Source of the DNA: Candidatus Multivorans sp.
GTDB lineage: Bacteria > Acidobacteriota > Thermoanaerobaculia > Multivoradales > Multivoraceae
DNA: 64,000 nt
Assembly: GCA_965247095.1 (NCBI GenBank)
Contig: OZ251997.1
Location: 1,792,001 to 1,856,000 of the forward strand
Direction: 5' to 3'
Part shown: piece by piece, positions 1 through 10,785 of the stretch
Position numbering within the stretch: position 1 is the first letter of the stretch
How the letters are laid out: each line of letters opens with the position of its first letter
Made by a program: the position numbers and the translations under genes
Notes under the pieces: model-generated
What the model was told of the DNA's origin: nothing
The model's input: the letters and a program-made list of their open reading frames with translations, nothing else
Databases searched by the model: none

Positions 1-822
1 GGGGAGTCCCAGGGCGAGCAGATCGCCGCGCAACTCGGCGCGAGCGATCTCACAGCACTGCGCGCGGCGCCAGCCGAAGAGGTCTACCGGGCGGCGGGCG
101 AGGCGGGCGCCGGCCTGCTCGTCGGCGTGAACGACGGCCGGGTGTTCCCGCGCGACATCCACGACATCTTCGCGGCCGGCGAGCAGAACGACGTCGACAC
201 GATCGTGGGCTTCAACAGCGACGAGGGCACAGCCCTGTTCGCCAGCGCGGGCGGCGTCGCGGTCGCCGACTATCACCAGTCGCTCGAGGACACGTACGGC
301 GAGCACGCCGACGCAATGTTCGCGGTCTATCCCGCCGAGACCGACGAGCAGGCGCGCGTGGCCGCCTACAAGAACACGGCCGACAACTACTTCGCCTGGC
401 AGATGCGGACCTGGGCCCGGCTGCAGAGCAGCACCGGCGCGAGATCCGTGCGGATGTACTACTTCTCCCGCGTCCCGCCCTGGGACGAAGCCGAGACGTA
501 CGGCGCCTACCACGCGGCGGAGATCATCTACGCCTTCGACAATCTCCACAGGAGCGGCGAGGTGCGCGACGAGATCGGCCCCTTCAACCATGCCTGGGAC
601 GACACCGACCGGGAGCTCGCCCGCACCATGGCGAGCTACTGGGTCAACTTCGCCGCCACCGGCGACCCGAACGGCGACGGGCTCCCCGACTGGCCGGTGT
701 ACGACCCGAGCGCCGACGGCGTTCTCGAGCTGGGCGACACGATCGGCGTCATCCAGGGCCTGCTCAAGGACCGCCTGGACGCCTTCGACGCCTACTACGA
801 AGACCTGCGCGGCAGCAGTTGA
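1..822 (+). CDS. Carboxylesterase type B (5'-partial)
   Basis: Motifs GFNSDEG, GAYHAAEI.YAF and YWVNFA.TGDPNG.GLP.WP.Y; the frame is open to the window start. Confidence 0.9.
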   Translation, partial: GESQGEQIAAQLGASDLTALRAAPAEEVYRAAGEAGAGLLVGVNDGRVFPRDIHDIFAAGEQNDVDTIVGFNSDEGTALFASAGGVAVADYHQSLEDTYGEHADAMFAVYPAETDEQARVAAYKNTADNYFAWQMRTWARLQSSTGARSVRMYYFSRVPPWDEAETYGAYHAAEIIYAFDNLHRSGEVRDEIGPFNHAWDDTDRELARTMASYWVNFAATGDPNGDGLPDWPVYDPSADGVLELGDTIGVIQGLLKDRLDAFDAYYEDLRGSS

Positions 823-1102
823 GACGTTAAAAGGTCGCGATCGCGTTGAGTCGCTGGCAGCGTCGCTGCCCAAAGCCACCACATCCCGCTCCTTGAGCCA
901 CCGGGCCGCTGTCGCGTGGGATTGCGGATGGAACAGCGAAAGAACCGAAAACTCTAGCATCGCGCCGCGCCGGGCGGGTTCTTGTGCTAGCCTCCCGTTC
1001 CTTAGGCAGTGGGTGCAGAGCTCACGCAGCGAACCAGGATGCGCCTGTCGTTCTCGAGCGTTGGTTGATGTGGAACCCCGGAGCCGAGAACAGGAGCAGC
1101 AG

Positions 1103-1366
1103 ATGGCAACGAGAATTTATGTGGGCAACCTGCCCTTCGATACCACGGAGGAGGCGGTGACCACCCTCTTCTCTTCACACGGCGAGGTTTCCGAAGTTTC
1201 GCTGATCAACGACCGCGAGACCGGTCGCCCGCGGGGCTTCGGTTTCGTCGAGATGGCGAGCGGCGGCCAGGAGGCGATTGCAGCGCTGGACCAGCAGCAG
1301 TACGGGGGCCGGACCCTCCGCGTCAACGAGGCCAGACCCCGCGAGGAGCGCCGGCCCCGCTGGTAG
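1103..1366 (+). CDS. RRM-domain RNA-binding protein
   Basis: RNP2 IYVGNL and RNP1 RGFGFVEM; ATG at 1103 preceded by AGGAG. Confidence 0.95.
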   Translation: MATRIYVGNLPFDTTEEAVTTLFSSHGEVSEVSLINDRETGRPRGFGFVEMASGGQEAIAALDQQQYGGRTLRVNEARPREERRPRW

Positions 1367-1390
1367 GCGGCCCGGCAGCCAGACAACACC

Positions 1391-1461
1391 GAACTCCGTC
1401 AAGGGTCGCCACCCGGCCCTGACGGGTTCCTACGCGACTCCTCGAAAGAGGAGGTGGCGTA
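1391..1461. terminator. Two adjacent hairpins between convergent genes
   Basis: GAACtCCGTCA...TGACGGGTTC stem, then CTCCTC-GAAA-GAGGAG stem; no U-tract. Confidence 0.4.
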
Positions 1462-1506
1462 CTCCGTCCGATGATGCGCGCGCCGCCCCCCCAGCGGGGG
1501 CAGCGC

Positions 1507-2235
1507 CTACATCACCGGGTTGTAGTACTGCGCCACGGCGAGATCGGGCTGAGGCGACGCCTTCAGCTCGAGGATCTCGTCGCGGACGCTGCCCTTGGTC
1601 GTCTTGAAGGAGACGTTCACGCGCTCCGGCGCGTCCCAGAGCACGACCGCGAATTCGCCGTTCTTCTCGATCGGGCCACTGGCCGAGAAGGAGCCGTCGC
1701 CTGAGGAGATCGTCACTTCGCCGCCGCCCTTGACCGGCTTGCCCCGCTTGTCCTCGACCCGGCCGATGAGCACGGTGCGAACGCCCTCAGCCTCCATCGA
1801 CTCACCCTCCCGGAAGAGGATCGGGTAGACCTGCTGGGCTCCGTCCCGCTGCACCGCGACGCGCGCCACCACGGAGCGGTAGCCATCGCGCTCGAAGGTG
1901 ATGCGCAGCACGATCCCCTCGTAGTCCTCGCGGCTGAAGATGCGGCCCATGTTCCGCAAGAGGTAGCTGCCGGTCTTGCGTCCCTTGGCGCGCAGCCTGG
2001 GCGCCGGCGCGTTGTCGTTCTGGAACCAGATGTCGACATCCGGCAGCGGATTGCCACTCGAATCGAGGATGGTGCCGTAGGCGCGGGTGTTGTCGCGGCC
2101 GCCGACCGCACCGGTGACGTCGCCGCCACGCAGGTCGCCGCCCACGTTGACCGCGCCCGGATCCTGGCCCAGTACCGGACCGGCAATGAACAGCGTTGGG
2201 ACGAGCAACAATGGAAACAGGAGTCTCTTCGTCAT
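1507..2235 (-). CDS. Secreted protein with carboxypeptidase-regulatory-like beta-sandwich domains
   Basis: Signal peptide; two G.(I/V).D..G.P(L/V) motifs. Confidence 0.6.
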   Translation of the reverse strand: MTKRLLFPLLLVPTLFIAGPVLGQDPGAVNVGGDLRGGDVTGAVGGRDNTRAYGTILDSSGNPLPDVDIWFQNDNAPAPRLRAKGRKTGSYLLRNMGRIFSREDYEGIVLRITFERDGYRSVVARVAVQRDGAQQVYPILFREGESMEAEGVRTVLIGRVEDKRGKPVKGGGEVTISSGDGSFSASGPIEKNGEFAVVLWDAPERVNVSFKTTKGSVRDEILELKASPQPDLAVAQYYNPVM

Positions 2236-2388
2236 GTCGTGGCGCCTCCGAGGCGAGTGTCGGTGAGGGTCGATAGTCCGTAACGGTGGGTAGGAAGCCT
2301 ATCAACGCATGTGCCCGACCTCACGGCTGAGGAAACGCGCCCCCACAGGGGTGGCCGGAGGCGTACTCGGCGACGCTAGGATGACCGG

Positions 2389-3771
2389 ATGCCGCCTACC
2401 GAACCGGATCCGGCTGCGCTTCCGCGGCTGCGGCAGTCGCTGGCAGCGGTCGCGATCGGCGTCGCGGCGGCACTTCTCGTCCTCAGGTGGACGGCGCCCG
2501 ACGAGCCCACGGCGACCGCAGACGATCCGGCCGGCGTCACCCCACCGCCCCTGCCGTCAAGGCCGGAACCGACGCCCATCGCGCCACTGCCGGCTCAGCT
2601 CAGCGAGGCGCTCGATCTGATGGCGGAAGGCAGACTGCGCGAAGCTCAGCGCCTGATGCTGGATTTCAGTCGCGGACCGGGGGCCGAGGCGCTGCCGTCT
2701 GAACATCGCGAAACGATGACGGCAATGCTTCAAAGGCTCGCGAACGACCGGGTCCTGGCCGCCGCGGTGGAACTGGAGAGGGGCTTCGAAGACGCGAACC
2801 TGGTCCGTCTGCGCCTCACGCTGGGCTCTCTGACACGGCGGCAGATGATCGCCCTGCGACGTGATCCGCAAGGGGCTCGCCGCGTCGACGACGCGCGCCG
2901 GCTGGCAGCCGAAGTGGACGCGATCGAAGCCCGTCTCGGCAGCGACCGCCTGGCGGCGCTGCGCCTGGCTCTGGACTTCCAACGCCGCCACCCGCGGTTC
3001 GCCGCAGGCCTCGACTTCGAACGCCGCGCCGCCGCGGCGATCGACGAAACGGCCGGTCGGTTGATCGCGGCGAACCGCCTCGACGAAGCCAGGGCACTGC
3101 TGCTGGAACTCAAGGCGCTGCGCGGCGCCCAGGCTGGCGAGAGCCCCCGCGTCGAGGCCAAGCTGGCCGCCATCGACGAGGTATTCCGGCGGCGCAACGA
3201 TCTGGACGCCACGGTTCGCGAGATCGAACTCCTGGGCTGGGAACGGCCGCACGAGGCTCTGGAGCTCCTGGCCGGGATGGAGCGGACGCCGGAGAACCGG
3301 GACCGTTTCGCCCAATTGGAATCGACCCTGACCATGCTGATGGAGGACCTCGACAAGAGCGAACCGGAAGTGGAGATCCTGCTCCCGCAACGCCCGGCGG
3401 AGGCTCAGGGCGTGTACGAGAGGGACGAAGATGTCGTCGTTCGGGTACGCGCCAGGGACGACTACGAGGTGGTCTCGGTGCGGTTCTTCTGGCGCTGGTT
3501 CGACAACGACCGCACGGGTGAGGTCGTCGAGGCGACCCTCCGGCCGGCGACCGGAACTCCGTCGGCGGAGTCGACGGGCGCGGCCGGTGCGGAGACAGCC
3601 GAAGTGGAGTTCGAAGCCACGATCACCGCCGCCGAACACCAGGGCAGGAACCTCCAGTTGTGGGCCGAGGCGGCGGACCGCGGCGGGCGCGCCGCAAGAA
3701 GCGCCGAGAGCGAACTCGCGCCCGAGAGGCGCGGCTTCCTGCGGCGCCTCGGCCTGCGTCGCGACCAATGA
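2389..3771 (+). CDS. Hypothetical membrane-anchored helical protein
   Basis: N-terminal TM segment, helical region and C-terminal Ig-like segment. Confidence 0.6.
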   Translation: MPPTEPDPAALPRLRQSLAAVAIGVAAALLVLRWTAPDEPTATADDPAGVTPPPLPSRPEPTPIAPLPAQLSEALDLMAEGRLREAQRLMLDFSRGPGAEALPSEHRETMTAMLQRLANDRVLAAAVELERGFEDANLVRLRLTLGSLTRRQMIALRRDPQGARRVDDARRLAAEVDAIEARLGSDRLAALRLALDFQRRHPRFAAGLDFERRAAAAIDETAGRLIAANRLDEARALLLELKALRGAQAGESPRVEAKLAAIDEVFRRRNDLDATVREIELLGWERPHEALELLAGMERTPENRDRFAQLESTLTMLMEDLDKSEPEVEILLPQRPAEAQGVYERDEDVVVRVRARDDYEVVSVRFFWRWFDNDRTGEVVEATLRPATGTPSAESTGAAGAETAEVEFEATITAAEHQGRNLQLWAEAADRGGRAARSAESELAPERRGFLRRLGLRRDQ

Positions 3772-3829
3772 CTCGCGCTGCCGGAAAGCCGTTGAGTTCA
3801 TGTCACTTAGCGACGCCGCGGGCGCTGGT

Positions 3830-5098
3830 ATGATGCCCCGCGTGTCAGACGCTACGAGTACGGGGAACGGGGATCCCGAAGCGCCGGGCGCCCTGGCCGG
3901 AATCCCGCAACATCCGGTCGAGACGACGGACAGTACCTTTCTCGATCTGGACCTCGAACCCGCGGTTCTGGAGGTAGTAGCCCGGATCGGCTTCGAGCAT
4001 CCGACGCCTATCCAGGCGGCGGTGATCCCGGACGCGATCGCCGGCAAGGACCTGATCGGCATCGCCGAAACCGGCTCGGGCAAGACGGCCGCCTTCGTGC
4101 TGCCGATCGTGCAGCGTTTGCGCCGCGGCACGGGCGTGCGCGCGCTGATCGTCTCTCCGACCCGGGAGATCGCCCTGCAGACGAAGGCCTTCCTGGACCT
4201 GTTCCGCAAGAGCCGGCTGCGCGTCGACTCCGCCTGCCTGATCGGCGGCGTGAAGATCGGCCCTCAGTTCGATCAGTTGCGCAGCGACCCCGATGTGCTC
4301 GTGGTCACGCCGGGACGGCTGCTGGACCACGTGGAGCGGGGCACGGCGAGCCTGGGCGGGGTCGAGGAACTGGTCCTGGACGAGGCCGACCACATGCTCG
4401 ACCTCGGATTCATGCCCCAGATTCAACGCATCGTGAGCCAACTGCCGAAGCAGCGGCACACGATGCTCTTCTCGGCCACCATGCCGCCGCCGATCGAACG
4501 TCTGGCGCAGCGCTACATGGAGGATCCGCTGCGCATCGACCTGTCGCCGAAGGGCGCCGCGTCGGGGATCGAGCACCGCCTCTACCTGGTCGACGAGAGG
4601 GACAAGAAGCGCTGCGCCCTGGCCCTGCTCGACAAGGTGCCCGGCTCGACCCTGGTGTTCACCAAGCGCAGGTCCGACGCCGAGTGGCTCTGCCGGGTCC
4701 TGGAGCGCGGCGACCATAGCGTCGGGCGCATCCACTCCGACCGCTCGCAGAGCCACCGGGTCGCGGCTCTGGAGGGCTTCCGCGCCGGCCGCCACCGCAT
4801 CCTCGTAGCGACGAACATCGCCGCCCGCGGCATCGACGTCCAGGGCATCGAGCACATCCTGAACTACGACCTCCCCGACACGGCCGAGGACTACATCCAC
4901 CGCGCCGGCCGCACCGCCCGTGGCGCCGCGGAAGGCGTCGTGTCGTCGATCGGCTCCTGGCTCGACAAGTCCCTGATCAGGCAGATCGAGACCGCGCTCG
5001 GACACCCTCTGCCCCGCTACGAGGCGGACGGCGTGGCCCCCTACCGCGAGCTGCGTTCCCTCAAGGAGCGCCGCCGCCGTTCCCCTTTGCGCCGGTAG
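3830..5098 (+). CDS. DEAD-box RNA helicase (RhlE-like); start uncertain (3800/3830/3833)
   Basis: Q motif PTPIQ, AETGSGKT, PTREIA, DEAD, SAT, ARGID, HRAGRTAR. Confidence 0.95.
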   Translation: MMPRVSDATSTGNGDPEAPGALAGIPQHPVETTDSTFLDLDLEPAVLEVVARIGFEHPTPIQAAVIPDAIAGKDLIGIAETGSGKTAAFVLPIVQRLRRGTGVRALIVSPTREIALQTKAFLDLFRKSRLRVDSACLIGGVKIGPQFDQLRSDPDVLVVTPGRLLDHVERGTASLGGVEELVLDEADHMLDLGFMPQIQRIVSQLPKQRHTMLFSATMPPPIERLAQRYMEDPLRIDLSPKGAASGIEHRLYLVDERDKKRCALALLDKVPGSTLVFTKRRSDAEWLCRVLERGDHSVGRIHSDRSQSHRVAALEGFRAGRHRILVATNIAARGIDVQGIEHILNYDLPDTAEDYIHRAGRTARGAAEGVVSSIGSWLDKSLIRQIETALGHPLPRYEADGVAPYRELRSLKERRRRSPLRR

Positions 5099-5117
5099 CT
5101 TCAGCAGCCAGCCGGCC

Positions 5118-6737
5118 ATGATTCCCATCCCGGACCTTCTCAACCGGGCGCCCTTTCTCGGCATCGACCAGAAGGCTCTGTCGGACCTGTTGGGTCTCGC
5201 CATTCTCGGCCGCGAGATCGGCACCGAGTTCCATGACCTGATGGCGGACGCCGAGACGCCGGAGGCGGCCTGGCGGCCGGAGTTCTTCGAACAGGATCTG
5301 TTCGTCGACCGCCTGATCGCGGAGAGCTTCGAGCTAAGAATCGACGGCGTTCAATACCCGATCAACGAGCGCTTCCTGCGCCGCGCCCTGACCGCCACGC
5401 CGACCGACCTGGAGACCGTTGAGTTCCGCCAGGAGGTGCTGCGAGAGATGGACGAGGACGGGGAAGTCCTCGCCTCGGCCGAACGTCTCTACCGCGAGCT
5501 GTTCGGCCTGCTCTCGCTCCACCGCATGCCCCGCTACCACAGCGTCCTAGACACAGCGTCCCATAACCTGGACATCCTCAAGCAGAGCCGGCTCGTCATC
5601 GACCTGATGCACGACCGCTTCGAGTCGGCCCGCTCCGGGCTCCGACGACTGTACGAAGGCGCCGTCGCCATCCGCGAGACCGAGGAGTACGCGACCCTCG
5701 CCGCCCTTCTCGACTACGAAAGCCGGCTCGCCGAACTGAACCTGGACATCACCCTGGGGGCCGACGGGCGCATCCGTGGGCTTGAGGTGCGCTCACTCGA
5801 CGAGTGCCGCGACAATCCCTTCTGGACCCGACCGGTCAAACGCCTCTGGAGCCGCGTGCGACTCGGCATCGGCGGCTACTCGATGAGCAACAGGGAACTC
5901 CTGAACCGCGTCGTCGAGCGGGTCTACGTATCCCTGTCGCCCGCTTTGATTCCCCTGGTCCAGATGCTCGGCCAATTGGAGCTCTACCTCGCCGCCCGGG
6001 CTCTCCGGGACCGCGCCGCCGAACGCGGCCTCTCGATGTGCATTCCCGAGTTCCGGCCGGATCACGACGCCGGCCCCGCAATCGAGTGCGAAAACCTGTT
6101 CAACCCGCTGCTGCTGCGCCAGGAGCAGGCGCCCGTACCGAGTACGGTGAGAACGGTCGGCCGCGTGCCGATCACCGTCGTCACCGGGCCGAACTCGGGT
6201 GGCAAGACGCGGTTGATTCAGGCCATCGCGCTGGCTCAACTGCTCGGTCAGTCCGGCCTCTACGCGCCCTGCAGCCGCGCCCGCCTGCGCGTCCAGCAGG
6301 GGCTGTTCGTGTCCCTGATCGAGCGTGAGAGCGCGGATCAGGTCGAGGGCCGCCTGGGGCGCGAACTCGTGCGCATCCGCACCCTGTTCGAGGAGATGGA
6401 GCATGGCTCGATGGTGGTCCTGGACGAGCTGTGCTCGGGCACCAACCCTTCGGAGGGAATCGAAGTCTTCACCCTCGTGCTCCAGCTCCTCCGGCGGGCG
6501 CAGCCCGTTGCCTACGTAACCACCCACTTCCTCGACCACGCCCGCGCCCTCCAGCAGAACCATGCGGAGCTGGGCCTCGAGTTCCTCCAGGTGCAGCTCG
6601 ACGACGAGCGCCGGAGCACCTATCAGTTTGTCGACGGCGTCGCCCGCACCTCTCTGGCCGCGCTCACCGCAGAACGGCTCGGCGTCACCTTCGAGAACCT
6701 GTCGGCTGCGGTCGACGACCGCCGGGCCGCGCAATAG
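5118..6737 (+). CDS. MutS-related ATPase (domain V, no mismatch-binding domain recognised)
   Basis: TGPNSGGKT, LDELCSGTNP.EG, TTHF. Confidence 0.85.
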   Translation: MIPIPDLLNRAPFLGIDQKALSDLLGLAILGREIGTEFHDLMADAETPEAAWRPEFFEQDLFVDRLIAESFELRIDGVQYPINERFLRRALTATPTDLETVEFRQEVLREMDEDGEVLASAERLYRELFGLLSLHRMPRYHSVLDTASHNLDILKQSRLVIDLMHDRFESARSGLRRLYEGAVAIRETEEYATLAALLDYESRLAELNLDITLGADGRIRGLEVRSLDECRDNPFWTRPVKRLWSRVRLGIGGYSMSNRELLNRVVERVYVSLSPALIPLVQMLGQLELYLAARALRDRAAERGLSMCIPEFRPDHDAGPAIECENLFNPLLLRQEQAPVPSTVRTVGRVPITVVTGPNSGGKTRLIQAIALAQLLGQSGLYAPCSRARLRVQQGLFVSLIERESADQVEGRLGRELVRIRTLFEEMEHGSMVVLDELCSGTNPSEGIEVFTLVLQLLRRAQPVAYVTTHFLDHARALQQNHAELGLEFLQVQLDDERRSTYQFVDGVARTSLAALTAERLGVTFENLSAAVDDRRAAQ

Positions 6738-6767
6738 CGCCGCCAAACCCGTCGCGGGCGCCGAGCT

Positions 6768-7460
6768 TCAGTACGGGACGCCGGTCGCCCGGCAGACGAA
6801 CCGCATCAGGGGGGAGGCAGCCGCACAGAGCCCCGTGAACTCGTCGAGGAAGCCGGCGCCGAGTATCCGGGTCTGATTCAGACTCGCCACGGCCATGAAG
6901 GACTTGCGCTTGATGTCGTCGATGCGCGGGTGACCGGCGTCGAATCCCCGCGGCGCCCGCTTCAGACTCTCGCCGCCGAGTTCCAGCGCCCCGCCGAGTC
7001 CAGGGTCGGCGGTCACCTCCCGCCAGCCCTCGCCATCCGCGACGATTCGCTGCCGGATCGCCCGCAGGGCCTCCGGGTGGGGTTGCCACATGCCCCCGCC
7101 CATGAACACGCTGCCGGGCTCGATGTGGAGGTAGAAGCCCGGCGCGTGGGCGTCCTTGTGCTGCCTATGGCGGAAATGAATGCCGCAATGGGTCTTGTAG
7201 GGCCGCTTGTCGCGCGAGAAGCGGACGTCGCGGTGGATGCGGAAGAGCGACCCACCGACCTTCTTGGGCACCGCGTCGAAATGCTTCGACACCTCGTCCA
7301 GCCGGGTCCCGAAGTCGCTGATGAACTGGAGCGCCGGCTCCCGCACAGCGTCCTCGTAACGCTCGCTGTTCGCCTTGAACCAGTCGCGGTCGTTGTTCTT
7401 GGCGAGGTCGCGTAGAAAGGCGAACGTATCGCGCGAGAACGGGTTCTTCCATTGGTCCAT
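6768..7460 (-). CDS. DUF2461 (TIGR02453-like) protein
   Basis: FLRDLAKNNDRDWFKAN and FRIHRDVRFSRDKRPYK. Confidence 0.9.
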   Translation of the reverse strand: MDQWKNPFSRDTFAFLRDLAKNNDRDWFKANSERYEDAVREPALQFISDFGTRLDEVSKHFDAVPKKVGGSLFRIHRDVRFSRDKRPYKTHCGIHFRHRQHKDAHAPGFYLHIEPGSVFMGGGMWQPHPEALRAIRQRIVADGEGWREVTADPGLGGALELGGESLKRAPRGFDAGHPRIDDIKRKSFMAVASLNQTRILGAGFLDEFTGLCAAASPLMRFVCRATGVPY

Positions 7461-7545
7461 CGTCTTCCAGTCCTCCTCGTCTCGGCGGGGCTTCGGCTCG
7501 GGCACGGAGTGTATTCTCGAAGGCGCTCGAACAAGGAGGGCCCGC

Positions 7546-8295
7546 ATGGACATCTTCGTCGCCGAACTGGTCGGCACCGCGCTACTGGTAATCCTCGGCG
7601 ACGGCGTGGTCGCCAACGTCGTTCTCGCCCGCACCAAGGGGAACGACAGCGGCTGGATCGTCATCGCGACCGGCTGGGGACTGGCCGTCGCGCTCGCCGT
7701 CTACTGCGTCGGCCGGATCAGCGGCGCCCACATCAACCCGGCGGTCAGCGTCGGCCTGTGGGCGATCGGCGAACTCGACGCCGTCCTGCTGCCGACCTAC
7801 ATCGGCGCTCAGATGCTCGGCGCCTTCGCCGGCGCGGTCGTCGTCTGGCTCACGTACCGCCCACACTGGAGCGCCACCTCCGACCAGGGCGCCAAGCTCG
7901 GCGTGTTCTGCACGGCGCCGGAGATCCCGGGGCGCCGGGGCGCGAACTTCATCACCGAGGTGGTGGGCACCGCGGTGCTGGTGTTCGGTGTGCTCGCGAT
8001 CGCGGCCAACGCCTCCGAACTCAGCGGCGGCGCGATCGACCTGTCGGCAGTGTTCGCCACCGGCATCAATCCCCTGCTGGTCGGCTTCCTGGTCTGGGGC
8101 ATCGGCCTGAGCCTGGGCGGTCCGACGGGCTACGCGATCAACCCGGCCCGCGACCTCGGCCCGCGCATCGCGCACGCCGTGTTGCCGATCCCCGGCAAGG
8201 GCGATTCGAACTGGAGCTACGCCTGGGTGCCGGTGGCGGGCCCGCTCGTCGGCGGCGTCCTCGGCGCGCTCGCCTTCCGCGGCCTCGGCTGGTAG
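7546..8295 (+). CDS. glpF: Glycerol uptake facilitator (MIP family)
   Basis: SGAHINPA and GYAINPARD; AAGGAGG RBS; adjacent to glpK. Confidence 0.93.
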   Translation: MDIFVAELVGTALLVILGDGVVANVVLARTKGNDSGWIVIATGWGLAVALAVYCVGRISGAHINPAVSVGLWAIGELDAVLLPTYIGAQMLGAFAGAVVVWLTYRPHWSATSDQGAKLGVFCTAPEIPGRRGANFITEVVGTAVLVFGVLAIAANASELSGGAIDLSAVFATGINPLLVGFLVWGIGLSLGGPTGYAINPARDLGPRIAHAVLPIPGKGDSNWSYAWVPVAGPLVGGVLGALAFRGLGW

Positions 8296-8310
8296 GCGGA
8301 CTGCCAAGCC

Positions 8311-9798
8311 ATGAGCTACATCCTCGCCCTCGACCAGGGCACCACGTCCAGCCGCTCTATCCTGTTCGAGCGCCAGGGAACAGCCGTTTCCTCCGCGCAG
8401 CAGGAGTTCCCGCAGCTCTACCCCTCGCCCGGCCACGTCGAGCACGATCCCGAGGCGATCTGGAACACCCAGCTCGACACGGCGCGCGCCGCCATCCGGA
8501 AGGCCGGCGCGGATGTCTCGGACATCGCCGCCGTCGGCATCGCCAACCAGCGCGAGACGGTCGTGCTGTGGGAGCTCGACAGCGGCAAGCCGGTCGACAA
8601 CGCGATCGTCTGGCAGAGCCGCATCACCGCGCCGCTGTGCGAACAGTTGAAAGAGCAGGGTCACGAGGACCTGTTCCGCTCGAAGACCGGCCTGGTGCTC
8701 GACCCCTACTTCTCCGGCACCAAGATCTCCCACCTGCTCGACAAACACGACCTGCACGCGCGGGCGGCGCGTGGTGAGATCCTGGCCGGAACGATCGACA
8801 GCTTCCTGCTCTGGCGGCTGACCGGCGGCGAGGTCCACGCCACCGACGCGAGCAACGCCTCGCGCACCCTGCTGTTCGACATCCACAACCTGGACTGGGA
8901 CGACGACCTGCTCGAGATCCTGCACGTGCCGCGGGCCATGCTGCCCGAGGTCCGGGATTCGAGCGGCGACTTCGGCCACACGGAGCCGAGCCTGTTCGGC
9001 CGGGAGATTCCCATCGCCGGCATCGCGGGCGACCAGCAGGCGGCGACCTTCGGGCAGGGGTGCTTCGAGCGCGGCATGGTCAAGAACACCTACGGCACCG
9101 GCTGCTTCATCCTGATGAACACAGGCGACCGGGCGGTGGCCTCGGACAACGGCCTTCTGTCCACGGTCGGCTGGGTGCTCGACGGGCGGCCCACCTACTG
9201 CCTGGAGGGTTCGGTCTTCGTCGGCGGCGCGGCAGTTCAGTGGCTGCGGGACGGCCTGGGTCTGATCGAGAGGTCCGAACAGATCGAAGAACTCGCGGCG
9301 ACCGAGGAGGACAGCGGCGGGGTCTACCTGGTGCCCGCCTTCGTCGGCCTCGGCGCGCCCTACTGGGATCCCTACGCGCGGGGCCTCCTGATCGGCCTCG
9401 AGCGCTCGACCACCGCCGGCCATGTGGCCAGAGCCACGGTCGAATCGATGGCCTATCAGAGCCTCGATGTCGTGCGCGCCATGGAAGCCGACGCCGGTTC
9501 CCGCATGAGCGGCCTGCGGGTCGACGGCGGCGCGGCGGTCAACAACGCCCTGATGCAGTTCCAGGCCGACCTGCTGGGCACCCGGGTTCAGCGGCCGGTA
9601 GTTGCCGAGACGACTGCTCTCGGCGCCGCCTACCTGGCGGGTCTGGCAGTCGGCTTCTGGACCGACCAGGCCGACGTGACCGGAAACTGGGCTCTCGACC
9701 GCGAGTTCGAACCGCGGTCCACGCCGGCGGAGCGCGACCGCCTCGCCGAAGGCTGGCAGCGGGCGGTCGAGAGATCAAGGGGCTGGGCCAAGGCGTAG
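8311..9798 (+). CDS. glpK: Glycerol kinase
   Basis: [31 protein letters not shown]. Confidence 0.97.
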   Translation: MSYILALDQGTTSSRSILFERQGTAVSSAQQEFPQLYPSPGHVEHDPEAIWNTQLDTARAAIRKAGADVSDIAAVGIANQRETVVLWELDSGKPVDNAIVWQSRITAPLCEQLKEQGHEDLFRSKTGLVLDPYFSGTKISHLLDKHDLHARAARGEILAGTIDSFLLWRLTGGEVHATDASNASRTLLFDIHNLDWDDDLLEILHVPRAMLPEVRDSSGDFGHTEPSLFGREIPIAGIAGDQQAATFGQGCFERGMVKNTYGTGCFILMNTGDRAVASDNGLLSTVGWVLDGRPTYCLEGSVFVGGAAVQWLRDGLGLIERSEQIEELAATEEDSGGVYLVPAFVGLGAPYWDPYARGLLIGLERSTTAGHVARATVESMAYQSLDVVRAMEADAGSRMSGLRVDGGAAVNNALMQFQADLLGTRVQRPVVAETTALGAAYLAGLAVGFWTDQADVTGNWALDREFEPRSTPAERDRLAEGWQRAVERSRGWAKA

Positions 9799-9933
9799 CT
9801 GCCGCCGGCGCAACCCGGCGTTCGCAGCACCCGGCTGCGGTACGCTCTCGCTCTTTCGACGTTCAAGGACCAGCCTCGAAGCGCCGCATCGGTCGGCGCC
9901 ACAGCGAGCACCAACAAGCACCCGGAGAACTCC

Positions 9934-10761
9934 ATGACCGATGTAGCCGTCCGCCCCCGCGTCACCGTCGATATCGAAAACGGCGTCGCCGATGTCCGCC
10001 TCGACCGGCCTGACAAGCTGAACGCGCTGGACGGCGCGATGTTCGATGCGCTGGGCACGACCGGCCGCGAGCTGGCCGCCGACCCGTCCGTGCGCGCCGT
10101 CGTCCTCTCCGGCAACGGGCGCGCCTTCTGCGCCGGCCTCGACTTCGGCAGCTTCCAGGCCATGAAGAGCCGTGCAGGCAGCAACTCGCTGACCGATCAA
10201 CTCCTGTCACGAACCGACGACAACCCCGCCAACCACGGCCAGACCGCGGCCTGGGTCTGGCACGCGATGCCGGTACCGGTGATCGCCGCGGTCCACGGCG
10301 TGGCCTTCGGCGGCGGCATCCAGATCGCCCTCGGCGCCGACCTGCGGATCGTCCACCCGGAGGCGAAACTCTCCGTGCGGGAGATCGTCTGGGGACTCGT
10401 TCCCGACATGGCCGGCCCCCAGTTGTTGCGGCACCTCGTGCGCGCCGACATCGCCAAGGAGCTCACCTTCACCGGCCGCGTGATCAGCGGCGTCGAGGCC
10501 GCCGAACTCGGGCTGGCCACGCGCCTCTCGGAGCAGCCGCTCGACGACGCCCTCGCCCTCGCGCGGGAGATCGCCGGCCGCTCGCCGCACGCGATCCGCG
10601 CCGCCAAGGAGCTGCTCGATGTGTCCCGGACCGCCAGCGTGCGCGAGGGCCTTGAGGCCGAGCACCGTCTACAGGCGGGACTGATGGGTTCCCCGAATCA
10701 GGTCGAGGCAGTGACCGCGAACATGCAGGAACGAGCGCCGGATTTCGCCGACGTCGACTGA
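9934..10761 (+). CDS. Enoyl-CoA hydratase/isomerase
   Basis: RPDKLNAL, FCAGLD, PVIAAVHGVAFGGG. Confidence 0.93.
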   Translation: MTDVAVRPRVTVDIENGVADVRLDRPDKLNALDGAMFDALGTTGRELAADPSVRAVVLSGNGRAFCAGLDFGSFQAMKSRAGSNSLTDQLLSRTDDNPANHGQTAAWVWHAMPVPVIAAVHGVAFGGGIQIALGADLRIVHPEAKLSVREIVWGLVPDMAGPQLLRHLVRADIAKELTFTGRVISGVEAAELGLATRLSEQPLDDALALAREIAGRSPHAIRAAKELLDVSRTASVREGLEAEHRLQAGLMGSPNQVEAVTANMQERAPDFADVD

Positions 10762-10785
10762 ACCCCGAAGAGACGAGGGGCGCCG

